Position numbers and translations under genes: made by a program. A DNA stretch of 32,650 nt from Thraustochytrium aureum (lineage: Eukaryota). Positions 10,290 through 20,944 of the stretch are shown here, piece by piece. How positions within the stretch are numbered: position 1 is the stretch's first letter; each line of letters begins with the position of its first letter. Location of the stretch: NCBI GenBank assembly GCA_012862495.1, contig BLSG01000122.1:196312-228961 (forward strand), in the 5' to 3' direction. The notes beneath the pieces were generated by a model, which worked only from the letters and a program-made list of their open reading frames with translations, did no database searches and was not told where the DNA came from.

Positions 10290-11108
10290 ATGTCGCGCAA
10301 CGAGGAGAAGGCGATGGGGATGCTCAACAAGTGGACCTCGTTCAAGGCGGAGTTGCGGCTGGAAAGGGAGGGGGGCGGGGCAAGGGCGAAGCGGCGCCCC
10401 GCGCGAGCGACGGACTGCAATGATCTGCACGAGGCGATGGGATTTCGGCGAGGGCTGGTCAAGGACATCACTAGCAAGATTGACGAGATACAGGACGCCG
10501 GCCTCGGGGAGCACCGGCTGAGGGAGCTCAACGACGAGATCAACAAGATGATCCGCATCAAGTACCACTGGGAGCGGCAGATCGAGCGCCTGGGCGGGCC
10601 CTCGCTGATGGAGAAGGGCTCCAACGGCGTTTCTCGGTACCAGTATTTCGGAGCCGCGCGCGAGCTGTCGCAGGTTCGCGAGCTGCTGGAGCAGGACAAG
10701 GCGGCGCCAAAGGCCTCGAAGAAGCGCCGCCGAGAGGACATCATGCGAACCATCACCTACAAGTACTACGAGTCCCTCGAAGGGCGCGCGCCCGGGGCTG
10801 CCGAGTTACTCGCAGCAGAGCGCCGCGCAGAGGACCAACTGCGCGCAGAGCGCCTCGTCGCAGCGAGTGGCCGCAGCGATGCCCCTGGAGCGGCGGGCGC
10901 CGCGTCGGCCTTGCGGCCCAAATCAGCCGATCAGGCGCTTCGCGCTGTTTCGGACTTTGAGCGCCTGCTGCTCAAGACGGCAAAGTACAGCCAGCTCTCC
11001 TACTTGACCCCCGAGCAGCGGGAGGAGCTCAACACGTCAAAGTCCATGGAGCAGCTCGTCGTGGAGCGCAAGAAGCGGGAGCTCATGGCCAAATACCTGA
11101 TGAACTGA
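10290..11108 (+). CDS. ISY1: Pre-mRNA splicing factor ISY1, 272 aa
   Basis: MSRNEEKAMGMLNKW...RRP...IQDAGLGEHRLRELNDEINK...HWERQIERLGGP...YQYFGAAREL, and C-terminal VERKKRELMAKY. Confidence 0.95.
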   Translation: MSRNEEKAMGMLNKWTSFKAELRLEREGGGARAKRRPARATDCNDLHEAMGFRRGLVKDITSKIDEIQDAGLGEHRLRELNDEINKMIRIKYHWERQIERLGGPSLMEKGSNGVSRYQYFGAARELSQVRELLEQDKAAPKASKKRRREDIMRTITYKYYESLEGRAPGAAELLAAERRAEDQLRAERLVAASGRSDAPGAAGAASALRPKSADQALRAVSDFERLLLKTAKYSQLSYLTPEQREELNTSKSMEQLVVERKKRELMAKYLMN

Positions 11109-11549
11109 GCGCGCTCGCTCGCACCACGCTCTCGCTCTCTCCCAAGAGGAACTCACTCCTCTCTCGTTGAGAGCTACAGAGCCAGCCACGCCCGCCACGC
11201 TAGCCAGCCAGCCACGCTTGCCAGCCCCTTGACAAAGAAAACCAACTCTCTGCACTGCTTCGACCGTCCTGCGCCTCCCGAGTCGCCCGCAAGCCTCTGA
11301 ATTCTGAATTTGCAGCAACAGCTCAACGCGCACGACAGATCAACAAGATAAGTAGGTGCACGTTTTGCGCGCGCGGGAGAGAGGCTGCGGCGCAAGCGCG
11401 ACTTGCAGGCGCCGGGCGAGCTTGGGACTGAGCAGCCGTGGCCAGGGCGGCAGGCGTGGTCCGCCGGTTAGAAGCTGAGCAGAAGGCGCCCTCTCTCTCG
11501 ATCAGCAAGCCGCGGGTGGTGTGAACCAACAGCGGAGCCTTGGCGCACG

Positions 11550-11705
11550 ATGGCCGCCAAACCTTTGCGGCTCGTAGAGCGGTACAAGAACTTTCTGCTG
11601 GACTGCGACGGCGTGCTGTGGCACTCGGCACATGCCATCGCGGGCTCGGTCGCCGCGGTGCAAAAGCTTCGCGAGAAGGGCAACGTGGTGTTCGTCACAA
11701 ACAAC
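11550..11705 (+). CDS. HAD-IIA phosphatase (phosphoglycolate/p-nitrophenyl phosphatase-like), 5' fragment; remainder in gap
   Basis: Motif I FLLDCDGVLW and motif II FVTNN. Confidence 0.85.
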
Positions 11706-12495
11706 NNNNNNNNNNNNNNNNNNNNNNNNNNNNNNNNNNNNNNNNNNNNNNNNNNNNNNNNNNNNNNNNNNNNNNNNNNNNNNNNNNNNNNNNNNNNNNN
11801 NNNNNNNNNNNNNNNNNNNNNNNNNNNNNNNNNNNNNNNNNNNNNNNNNNNNNNNNNNNNNNNNNNNNNNNNNNNNNNNNNNNNNNNNNNNNNNNNNNNN
11901 NNNNNNNNNNNNNNNNNNNNNNNNNNNNNNNNNNNNNNNNNNNNNNNNNNNNNNNNNNNNNNNNNNNNNNNNNNNNNNNNNNNNNNNNNNNNNNNNNNNN
12001 NNNNNNNNNNNNNNNNNNNNNNNNNNNNNNNNNNNNNNNNNNNNNNNNNNNNNNNNNNNNNNNNNNNNNNNNNNNNNNNNNNNNNNNNNNNNNNNNNNNN
12101 NNNNNNNNNNNNNNNNNNNNNNNNNNNNNNNNNNNNNNNNNNNNNNNNNNNNNNNNNNNNNNNNNNNNNNNNNNNNNNNNNNNNNNNNNNNNNNNNNNNN
12201 NNNNNNNNNNNNNNNNNNNNNNNNNNNNNNNNNNNNNNNNNNNNNNNNNNNNNNNNNNNNNNNNNNNNNNNNNNNNNNNNNNNNNNNNNNNNNNNNNNNN
12301 NNNNNNNNNNNNNNNNNNNNNNNNNNNNNNNNNNNNNNNNNNNNNNNNNNNNNNNNNNNNNNNNNNNNNNNNNNNNNNNNNNNNNNNNNNNNNNNNNNNN
12401 NNNNNNNNNNNNNNNNNNNNNNNNNNNNNNNNNNNNNNNNNNNNNNNNNNNNNNNNNNNNNNNNNNNNNNNNNNNNNNNNNNNNNNNNNNNNNNN

Positions 12496-13023
12496 GCGGC
12501 TCTTGGGGGCGGGCCCAGCGACCGCCTTCTTGACCGCACCGGCGCGCGGGGCCGCCGTCGCGGAAGCCTTGGCCTTCTCCTTCTCCACGGCCTTCTTCTG
12601 CGCCTTGGTGAAGGTCCCAATGACAAACCCGGGGTTCTTCTGCTTGATGGCTTTTTCGATCTTGGTCAGCATGACCGTGTTGGGGATGCCCTTGCCGGAC
12701 TCGTAGTCCTGGATGATGGTTGCCTTGACGTTGCAGGCCGTGGCCAGCTCCTTTTGGGTGAGGCCCGCCTTTTGTCGCTCCTGCTGCAGCGCCTTCTTGA
12801 GCTCTAGCGAGACCTTTTGAACGGCGAGCTCTTCGCTCTCCTCGATCCGGGCCATGTTGGCGGTCGTCGCGTTCTGCGAGTTTGTGCCGGCGCCGTGCTT
12901 CTTGTCAGCCTGCAAGTTGCCGGTGCGAGCGGCGCTCTGAATCTCTTTCTTTTTGCTCACGCCCGCCGACCGCGTGCCGGACTTGTCCCACGAGACATCC
13001 CCCCAGTCCTGAAACGATGCCAT
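12496..13023 (-). CDS. MBF1: Multiprotein bridging factor 1 (MBF1/EDF1) with Lys/Ala-rich C-terminal extension; stop codon in gap
   Basis: QDW N-terminus, KKHGAGTN, HTH domain LQQERQKAGLTQKELATACNVKATIIQDYESGKGIPN. Confidence 0.93.
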
Positions 13024-13176
13024 GTTTGCAGACTGTCTCGCGCCGCTCCTCCCCTGGTTGTTCCTTCTCGAGGCCTGGTCGAACAGCTCGACCGGTCGGT
13101 AGTCCGAAGGCGATCGCGCTGCTGCCGCGCCGGTCGAAGTGCACTAGCCTGGTCGCTCCGGGGGGGCTTGTCTCGC

Positions 13177-13203
13177 GCTGCTGCTGCTGCTGCTGCTGCT
13201 GCG
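13177..13203. repeat. (GCT)n microsatellite upstream of MBF1
   Basis: Directly visible. Confidence 0.9.
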
Positions 13204-13876
13204 CTGCTCTCCTGCTGTGCTCTGTTGCTGCTGCTCGGCCTGTGTCTTGCGTTGTGGCTCTGCTGCTGGCTTCGGAGAAATTCAGCTCGGCGGACTATCT
13301 TCCTCCCAACCGCGCTCGCGCTCCGCGAGAGGATCAGCTCGGGAACAGGCCAGGCCGGCGCGCCGTGAAGGTGGGCGGAGGCAATTTGGCGGTTGACCTT
13401 GGCGCGGCCAGGTTTGAGCTGGGCTGCGTCGCGGGCCCGGAGCGTTCGGTGAACCTGGCTCGACGGGGTGAACAAGTCCAGCGAAACTGGTTGATGGTCA
13501 GGAGTCTGAGCGTGTCCTGCCTGCCTTGGCGGCAGCCTTTGTCTTGAGGGTCACTGGACGACCGAGACAAACGAGGCAGCTGAAGGTCACTGGTCGACCC
13601 GAAACCAAACGAGACAGCCTCTGAGTCTTTTCTTTTTGTAGTCTTTTGCGTGGTAAACGCATCAACACCAAGATGTATCAATCAGAACAACACGTTCACT
13701 CCACGGCCCGCGGACAGCAGCCGCGGTGGACGGAGTCGGTGGGCCCGGGCTGTTTGAAGCGCAAACCTCAAGCGAGCCCGCATGCGCGCGTGTTGTCTGG
13801 GCCCTGGCGGGATACCGACGAGCCACGTTTACGCCGTTGCGCAGCAGTGCTGCTCGCGCGCGCAGCCGGACGCCGT

Positions 13877-14230
13877 CTATGCAGAAGCTGTAGCGGCAGC
13901 GGGCGGGCTTCCCTCCTCTGCAGCCTTTGTCTTCTTCGCCTTTGGATCGAGCGGCGGAAGGTCTTTGACTTCGTTGTACAGAAACGCGGTTGAGCCGCCC
14001 GCGAGGACGAGGTACCCAACCACGTCGCCCATAGTCGTCCCATGAGCGTTCACCGCTCGCTTCGCCACGACCTCCTCGGCAGCTTCTGCTGCTTCCACAG
14101 CCTTCTTGCCATCCACCTGAGCGCCGCTCTTTCCGCACAGCCCGCGCCCGCGTGCTCGGCCTTGGCGCGCCACACCAAGCCCCGACTTGCCGGTCCGCGC
14201 CAGCGCGCTCGCAGTCCTCTGCAGCGACAT
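13877..14230 (-). CDS. Small (117 aa) hypothetical protein with mitochondrial-presequence-like N-terminus and one hydrophobic segment
   Basis: GAGG-ATG context. Arg/Ser/Ala/Gly-rich N-terminus with no acidic residues (MSLQRTASALARTGKSGLGVARQGRARGRGL). Hydrophobic stretch VVGYLVLAGGSTAFLY. Confidence 0.6.
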   Translation of the reverse strand: MSLQRTASALARTGKSGLGVARQGRARGRGLCGKSGAQVDGKKAVEAAEAAEEVVAKRAVNAHGTTMGDVVGYLVLAGGSTAFLYNEVKDLPPLDPKAKKTKAAEEGSPPAAATASA

Positions 14231-14471
14231 CCTCGTCGACGCGGCCCAAGCCAACTCGCACGCCAAGTCTGATTCTGTTCACCGCGCGTGCGTCCGTTGT
14301 CCGTCTGTCCTGCTCCCGCGTCTCCTGCACTCAACCGAGCAGATAGGAAGAAACGCGCGCACACCAAATGACTTTTGGGGCAGGTGACCCAGGTCAGGCA
14401 GGCCAGGTCTGGGCGCGATCGCGAACGGAATTTGCTTTGCGTTGGTTTCTCTGCGTGGCAGGCGATTCACC

Positions 14472-17148
14472 TTAGGCGCTTTGCTGCTGCGCCGCCGCCA
14501 TGCCTCCTTTCTCCTTGCTCCAGCGAGCCACAGCCTCAAGCTCCAGCGCTGTACNNNNNNNNNNNNNNNNNNNNNNNNNNNNNNNNNNNNNNNNNNNNNN
14601 NNNNNNNNNNNNNNNNNNNNNNNNNNNNNNNNNNNNNNNNNNNNNNNNNNNNNNNNNNNNNNNNNNNNNNNNNNNNNNNNNNNNNNNNNNNNNNNNNNNN
14701 NNNNNNNNNNNNNNNNNNNNNNNNNNNNNNNNNNNNNNNNNNNNNNNNNNNNNNNNNNNNNNNNNNNNNNNNNNNNNNNNNNNNNNNNNNNNNNNNNNNN
14801 NNNNNNNNNNNNNNNNNNNNNNNNNNNNNNNNNNNNNNNNNNNNNNNNNNNNNNNNNNNNNNNTCGTTCGCGCCTGGACGAGCGGACGCGAAAGCGCGCT
14901 GGGTCGCGAAAGGATGCTCGTCTTGGACCCTTCATGTTTCAGCTCGTGCACGCTATGGCACACGTCCAAAATATCCGAATGGTGCGTAACAATGACCGCC
15001 GTCTTGTTCTCGAGAAAGCCGCCGAGCTTGGCGATGATTGCCCTGCGACTCTGCGGGTCGAGGGCGGAGATACACTCGTCCAAGAGGACCAAGTCAGCAT
15101 CGCGCTTCGTGCAAAACATGCGGGCCAAGCCGATCCTCTGTCGCTGCCCGCCGCTAACCGCTCGCTCTCCGCCCTGCAGCACAGTGTCAAGCCCACTCGG
15201 CAGCGTCCGCGCCCACGCGTCCGCTTCGGCGAACTCTAGCGCAGCCCAGACCTCGGCGTCTGGGACCGGTGACTTTGCACCGTACGACACGTTCTCGCGC
15301 AGCGTGCGGGCGAAAAGCAAATTGTCTTGCGATACATATGCGATTCGTCGGCATGGCCCAAGGTCGACCGTCCCCTCGCAGACCATGAGCGAGGCGAGCA
15401 CGCGCAGCAGACTCGACTTGCCCGAGCCGCTCTCTCCGACTATCCCGTGCACTTGGCCGGCGAGCAAGCGCAGCGAGAGGTCGCTTATCGCTGGAGTAGA
15501 CTCACGCCCGGGAAACCGCACGGTCAGGTGGCTCACCGTGATGGCCTGGCCGCTCGTCTCCTGTGGAAAGCAAACAGACCCAGCCCCCGGGAGCAGGCCA
15601 TCAGCGCCGCTCTCAGGAGCGAGTTTGAACGAAATGGTGCGGCCGGGGCACTCCTTCTCCACTTGCTGGGCGGTCTCACTCGCAGGGTGTTCGTCATCAG
15701 ACCAGTCGAAATTCCAATCTTGAGCTGGCCCGCTGTCCCCAGATGGCGCGCCATCGTCCCGTATCCATTTCGAGGCGAACCTCGCCCCTGTTGGCCAGAG
15801 CAGACGCTGCGGCGAGCCACGAATCAATCTCGGCCTGTGCCAACTCGGCCTCGACTCGTTTTTCTTCAACGGAAATGATGTAGACGAGCGCCTTGTGCGC
15901 CTCGTCGAGCAAGAGAAATGCGGCAAGGATGGAGAACCCAACGTTGAGGGCGTCCTCGCCGCCCTTCCTCGCAAAGGGCCATGCCACTACCGCCATGGTG
16001 ACGGGGGCGATGCTTACGAAGCCAATGCGGAAAAAGTCCGAGGCAAACTTGATTGGCGCTCCGACGGACCAGCGGAACGGAGGCCTCCTCAAGCGCGCGG
16101 AGCATCCGCACTTCGTGATCATGCGTGCCTTGGACCGTCATGGCGTCAGTGTTCTTCACGACGTCGAGCATGCGCTCGTTGACGCGGCCTAGCGCGCTCT
16201 CGATCGCGCTGTTGAGCGGGGCGCGTTTGCGCTCGAACAGCCTGCCGGACCCCTCAGAGAGCGCAAATATGCTGAGTGCGACGAGGCCACCGATCCAGGT
16301 GAACAGCAGAATGAGTACAATGCAGAGAACGATGATGGCGACTTCGGAGATGACCCAGGACTCGCTGTACGCCTTGTACTGCTCCACGAGCGTCACTTTG
16401 CGGAGTAGCATGTTGGCCACTTGGCTCTGGCCCAAACCTTCGTCACTGGTGACGAGCTCGGCGTGAAGAGTTGCAACGANNNNNNNNNNNNNNNNNNNNN
16501 NNNNNNNNNNNNNNNNNNNNNNNNNNNNNNNNNNNNNNNNNNNNNNNNNNNNNNNNNNNNNNNNNNNNNNNNNNNNNNNNNNNNNNNNNNNNNNNNNNNN
16601 NNNNNNNNNNNNNNNNNNNNNNNNNNNNNNNNNNNNNNNNNNNNNNNNNNNNNNNNNNNNNNNNNNNNNNNNNNNNNNNNNNNNNNNNNNNNNNNNNNNN
16701 NNNNNNNNNNNNNNNNNNNNNNNNNNNNNNNNNNNNNNNNNNNNNNNNNNNNNNNNNNNNNNNNNNNNNNNNTGCGCTCGCGGAGGTCGCGAGCAAACGC
16801 GGCGGCCGTGATGCTGTCTAATGAGGTCAAAGTTGAGCAGCACAGGACCATCACGAGCACCGTGATTGCCGCGACGGTCGCGGTCATCTCGAACGTCAGG
16901 GCGTCCAGGAAGATGATGTGCCAAATCCCGCCCGATGGAGTGTTTCCGAGGGCGACCCCGGAGGAGGCTTGAAGCAAGATTTTTCGGATAAGGGCTGCCA
17001 TCAACCATTTCGTCACGACGATGAACAGGGCGATGAGCATACCGAGAACCAGGCTCGTGCGCCGCCACCTCCTGACCACTGGGCCCACATTCCTGCCGTG
17101 CGTGGCGTCTTGGGTCGAGGCACGGCGACACCGGCATTTGAGCCTCAT
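14472..17148 (-). CDS. ABC half-transporter (TMD-NBD, ABCB/exporter-like); frameshifts at ~16053 and ~15759; two gaps
   Basis: Multi-TM N-terminal half. Walker A GESGSGKS, Q-loop VSQD, signature VSGGQRQR, Walker B LVLLDE, D-loop SALD, H-loop VTH. The 3' end assumes the frame continues across gap 14555-14863. Confidence 0.9.
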
Positions 17149-18368
17149 CTCGCGATCTCGGTATCACTGCGGCCGCGTGTTGCGGGTCTGCACGTCGTGC
17201 TCAAGTGTGCGAAGAAATGCGAGGACAAACGAGCAGGCTGCGGGCTGCCAGTGCACAGGACGGAGACAGGACGGAGACAGATGCCTCCGCCAAGCACAAG
17301 AGCCCCCTTGCGTTTGAGAATACTTGCTGAAGAGCAAGTTCTCTGTGAGCTATGGCTCGATTCTAGCGTGACGTGACGAGGGCCAGTCGACTCGGCTTCC
17401 TCGTTGAGGTGAGACTCTGAGTACCTACTCTGGAGCTAACCCAGTCAGACCTTACCCCAAAACTGATGAGGCACACGAATGGAGTCATGGAGAAAGTTGC
17501 CAGTGGTGATGCAACTCACGGACTGCACACTGTCGGCGGCACCGTCGTGGCAGAAGAGAAGAAGCACGGCGGCGCAGGAAAGTTGCGCTACCAGAACAGA
17601 GCGTCTTCGTTGCGCCAGTGTAACGGCTCTTCCCTCTCGTTTGTTCTGCTTTGTGGGCGCGGCAAGGACTGGCCGGCCAGCCAGCAGAGCCGGGCAAGCG
17701 ATGGCGCGGATTGGCGCTCAGCTGTTGGACCCGCGCCACCGCGTGGCGGCCTAGGTGAGTAGGTAGGTAGGTTGGCAGGAAGTTCACGCAGTCCTGGACG
17801 ACCAATGTCAATACAACTTCCGTGCACTCTCGGGACCTGACGTTGTGGCGCCGTCTCGCGGCCAAACCTGGCAATCTCTCGGCGCATCCAGGCCCGGCGG
17901 TTTCCTTGGGTCAGCCTCACGACACGGCAAATGAGCGAGAGCGACTCGGAGAGCCGTCCCGCCGGGCGCGATTCTCCGAGCTGCAACGCGCTTGCAGGCG
18001 CGTTTGATTTTCAAGAATGGTGGATCGATCGGCCAATGCAGTCTGGCGAGCTCGTTCGCGCGCTCGCCCTGCTTCGCCGCAGGCCGGGTCCGAGGAAAGC
18101 GCGGACCGTCCGCTCCTGCGCTGCAGCAAGTCCTCCAGTGCAGGCAGGCAGGCCGAGCGGCACGGTCCCAGCCGCCCTGTCCAGCTAGCGAAGAAGCTAC
18201 TTGCGCGAGTGGGGTTAGGCCTACCGTGACCTGCCGAGCCGAGGCAGCTACTGGCTCCACAGCGTCGTGGAGCACTCTGCATCCTCACGAAAACGTTTTC
18301 AACAAGTACATGAAAGACGGCCGTAGCGAAACGCCTGCGGGGAAACCGGACAAAAACAAGCTCTGTTC

Positions 18369-18685
18369 CAAAAAAACGAAAAAACAAAAAAACAAAAAAA
18401 CAAAAAAACCTTCAAAAGCGCAAACCAATGCCGACAACCTTCCGAAGCAAGAAGGCGGCGCGAGAGAGGCAAGCAAGCAAGCAAGCAAGCAAGCAAGGAA
18501 GGAAGGAAGGAAGAAAGGAAAGAAGGCGGCTGGCGAGCGAGCCGCGGCAGACCCGCAACGAGCAACTGCGCGCGGACGGACCAGAGCGCGCGGACGTGCC
18601 AGAGCGCGCGACGAAGAGGAAGCCGCGCAGAGGGCTTGGGAAGGGCTGGCTGAAGGGCTGGCTGGCTGGACGGCTGGCTGGCTGG
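18369..18685. repeat. Compound microsatellite block upstream of the NIPA gene: A-rich (A6-7C), (GCAA)n, (GGAA)n, (GGCT)n
   Basis: Directly visible at about 18369-18408, 18469-18522 and 18645-18685. Confidence 0.9.
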
Positions 18686-18895
18686 ACGGCGCGCGGCTGG
18701 AGGCTCGACGGGCCGCAGGTGACGGACGCGAAGCGGCAGAACGCGGCTGGAACGCGGCCGTCGTGCCCGGGAACACGGTTTGGCCGAGCTGGTGCGGACT
18801 GACCAAGTCGCGCGAACGGCCAGCGAGCTCCCGCGGGGAGAGCGGGCAAGGGCGAGGGGCGTGGCAGGTCGGAGGAAGGCCCCGGCGGAGAGAGG

Positions 18896-20431
18896 ATGGG
18901 GGAGAATGACTGGGTGATTGGCGTAGCGTTCTCGTTCGCGTCAAGCGTGCTCTCGTGCCTTGGGCTGATCTTCCAAAAGTACGCGCACAACCAGAACCAG
19001 GCCCTCCCAGACGACCAAAAGTACCCCGTAGTTGCCGGTATCGTTTGCAGCCCGTGCTGGTGGGCCTCGTTCATCATGATGGGCCTGTTCCCGTTCCCGT
19101 TTGACTTCTTCGCGTACTCGTTCGCGGCTCAGTCGCTGGTGGCCCCGTTCGCAGGACTGACGCTCATCATGAACCAGTTTTTCGCGCCGCTCATCCTCAA
19201 GGAAAAGCTCTACCGGATCGACGTGTACGCCAGCATCGTTGTCTTTATCGGCACGACGCTGACGACCGTGACTGGCAACCACGAGGACGAGTCTTACACG
19301 CTGGAGGACCTGCTCGCCTACTTTCGCCGGACCGAGTTCGTCGTGGGCGCATCGCTTTTGGTCTTCCTCATGGTGATGATGTGGTTTAGCTTGCACGTCA
19401 CAGACCCGCTGCGGGCGGACGCAGGCGCGGCTCAGGGGCAGGCCGACGCAAAGTCCACCCGTGAGCTTGACTCGGAAGACGTGTCAGCCTCAATCACGAC
19501 AGACTGCGAGCAACAGGCCCCGGTCGACGCCGAGAGCGCGTGCGAGGGCGGTGTTGCGTTCAGCTTGGTGGGACCGAGCCGAGCGGGCTCACTGCACCAA
19601 GCTCATCGTACGACCGGTCCGAACAAGCAAAGGGCCCGACCGGGTCCTCGCTCAAGCGGAACCGCGTGGTGCGGGCGCTGGCTGCGGCCAACTTTTCCGC
19701 GCGGCCATTCTACTACGGCTTCGTTTCGGGCGGCTTTGGCGCGCTTNNNNNNNNNNNNNNNNNNNNNNNNNNNNNNNNNNNNNNNNNNNNNNNNNNNNNN
19801 NNNNNNNNNNNNNNNNNNNNNNNNNNNNNNNNNNNNNNNNNNNNNNNNNNNNNNNNNNNNNNNNNNNNNNNNNNNNTTTGGCGCGCTTCAAAACATCTTT
19901 TTCAAGAGCCTGGGGGTGCTCATGAAGGGCCCGGTCTTTGACGGCGGCGAGAGCTCCTGGAACACATGGTACCCCTACGTGTTTATCATCTGCGTGATCG
20001 TGTTTGCGGTGTCGCAGCTGAGCATCCTCAACAAGGGCATGAGCCGCTACGACGCCGTCCTTGTGTTCCCCCTGTACAACGCCTCGTACATTTTTCTTAG
20101 CGTGTCCATGGGCGCGCTCTACTATGGCGAGTTTGGCAGTTTCACTGCGCGCCAGTGGGTGCTCTTCCCGCTGGGCGTGGTTATCACGATCTTCGGGATC
20201 ATCATGTTCATTTTCAAGCCGCGCGAGAGTTCTAGCGAGCTCGGCAAGTCGGGCAAGCCGGCCACGACCAAGGACTCGAGCTCCGCCGCGGGTGGCGCGG
20301 CCGTCAATGAGGCTTTTGGCCAGGCCGTGACCGGCGGCGACGTCACCAGCATGGTGGGGGCCCGGAGTTTGAGCGGGGTCAGCGCTGGCGCGTCGGACCC
20401 TGGCGCCTCCAGGTCGGTGGTGCTTGCTTGA
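18896..20431 (+). CDS. NIPA/DUF803 family magnesium transporter (one frameshift in the central loop, ~19472-19640; gap 19747-19876 is probably spurious)
   Basis: IGVAFSFASSVLSCLGLIFQKY, WWASFIMMG, AYSFAAQSLVAPF, LKEKL. The -1 frame gives PFYYGFVSGGFGAL, joining QNIFFK. Later LNKGMSRYDAVLVFPLY and YYGEF. Confidence 0.92.
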   Translation: MGENDWVIGVAFSFASSVLSCLGLIFQKYAHNQNQALPDDQKYPVVAGIVCSPCWWASFIMMGLFPFPFDFFAYSFAAQSLVAPFAGLTLIMNQFFAPLILKEKLYRIDVYASIVVFIGTTLTTVTGNHEDESYTLEDLLAYFRRTEFVVGASLLVFLMVMMWFSLHVTDPLRADAGAAQGQADAKSTRELDSEDVSASITTDCEQQAPVDAESACEGGVAFSLVGPSRAGSLHQAHRTTGPNKQRARPGPRSSGTAWCGRWLRPTFPRGHSTTASFRAALARXXXXXXXXXXXXXXXXXXXXXXXXXXXXXXXXXXXXXXXXXXXXFGALQNIFFKSLGVLMKGPVFDGGESSWNTWYPYVFIICVIVFAVSQLSILNKGMSRYDAVLVFPLYNASYIFLSVSMGALYYGEFGSFTARQWVLFPLGVVITIFGIIMFIFKPRESSSELGKSGKPATTKDSSSAAGGAAVNEAFGQAVTGGDVTSMVGARSLSGVSAGASDPGASRSVVLA

Positions 20432-20944
20432 AATTGCGCTGCGCGAAAAAAATAATGTTTGCTTTGCTTGCTGGCTGGCTGGCTTGTTCTACGAAATGGC
20501 TCTGCCAACCCCCCCCGTTGGCGGTAGAGCGATCGCCAGATGACGCGAAATTTGACGGGCGGCAGCCTCGCGATGCTGACACGAGACGGCCGTCGCACAC
20601 GTGTTGATGATCACTTGTGGGCCGAGGTAAGCAGGCCGAGGCGAACTCGGAACGCGTCGCGTCCTTCACTCTCCTCGACGACTCCTCTCAATCAAGAGGG
20701 GTCTTCCGCCACAGCGCTTCGCGAACTCTGCCAAACCAAGTCACCTTTTCGCCCAAAGTTCGCGAAGCGCTGTTGCGGAAGACAACTGTGTTTCGAAGAC
20801 TCGGGAGAGACGAGAGCCGCGCGTCCCTCGTTCGAGCGCTTGAGCTGCAGAGCGAGCCAGCACGACCGCGTCCCGCACCCCGCACCCCGCATCGACCGCG
20901 TCGCTGCGTGGTAGAGCGCGCTCTCGAGTTTCCGGAGGGCTGCC

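Noticed and set aside
17752..17762. Consensus splice donor AG|GTGAGT (and AG|GTAAGC at ~20627) upstream of genes
   Set aside because: Could be 5' UTR introns, but no acceptor or exon can be assigned without transcripts
17992..18909. 305-aa ORF upstream of NIPA, and its antisense ORFs
   Set aside because: Translations of microsatellites (KQAS, KEGR and LAGW repeats) with no domain; most likely UTR or intergenic sequence
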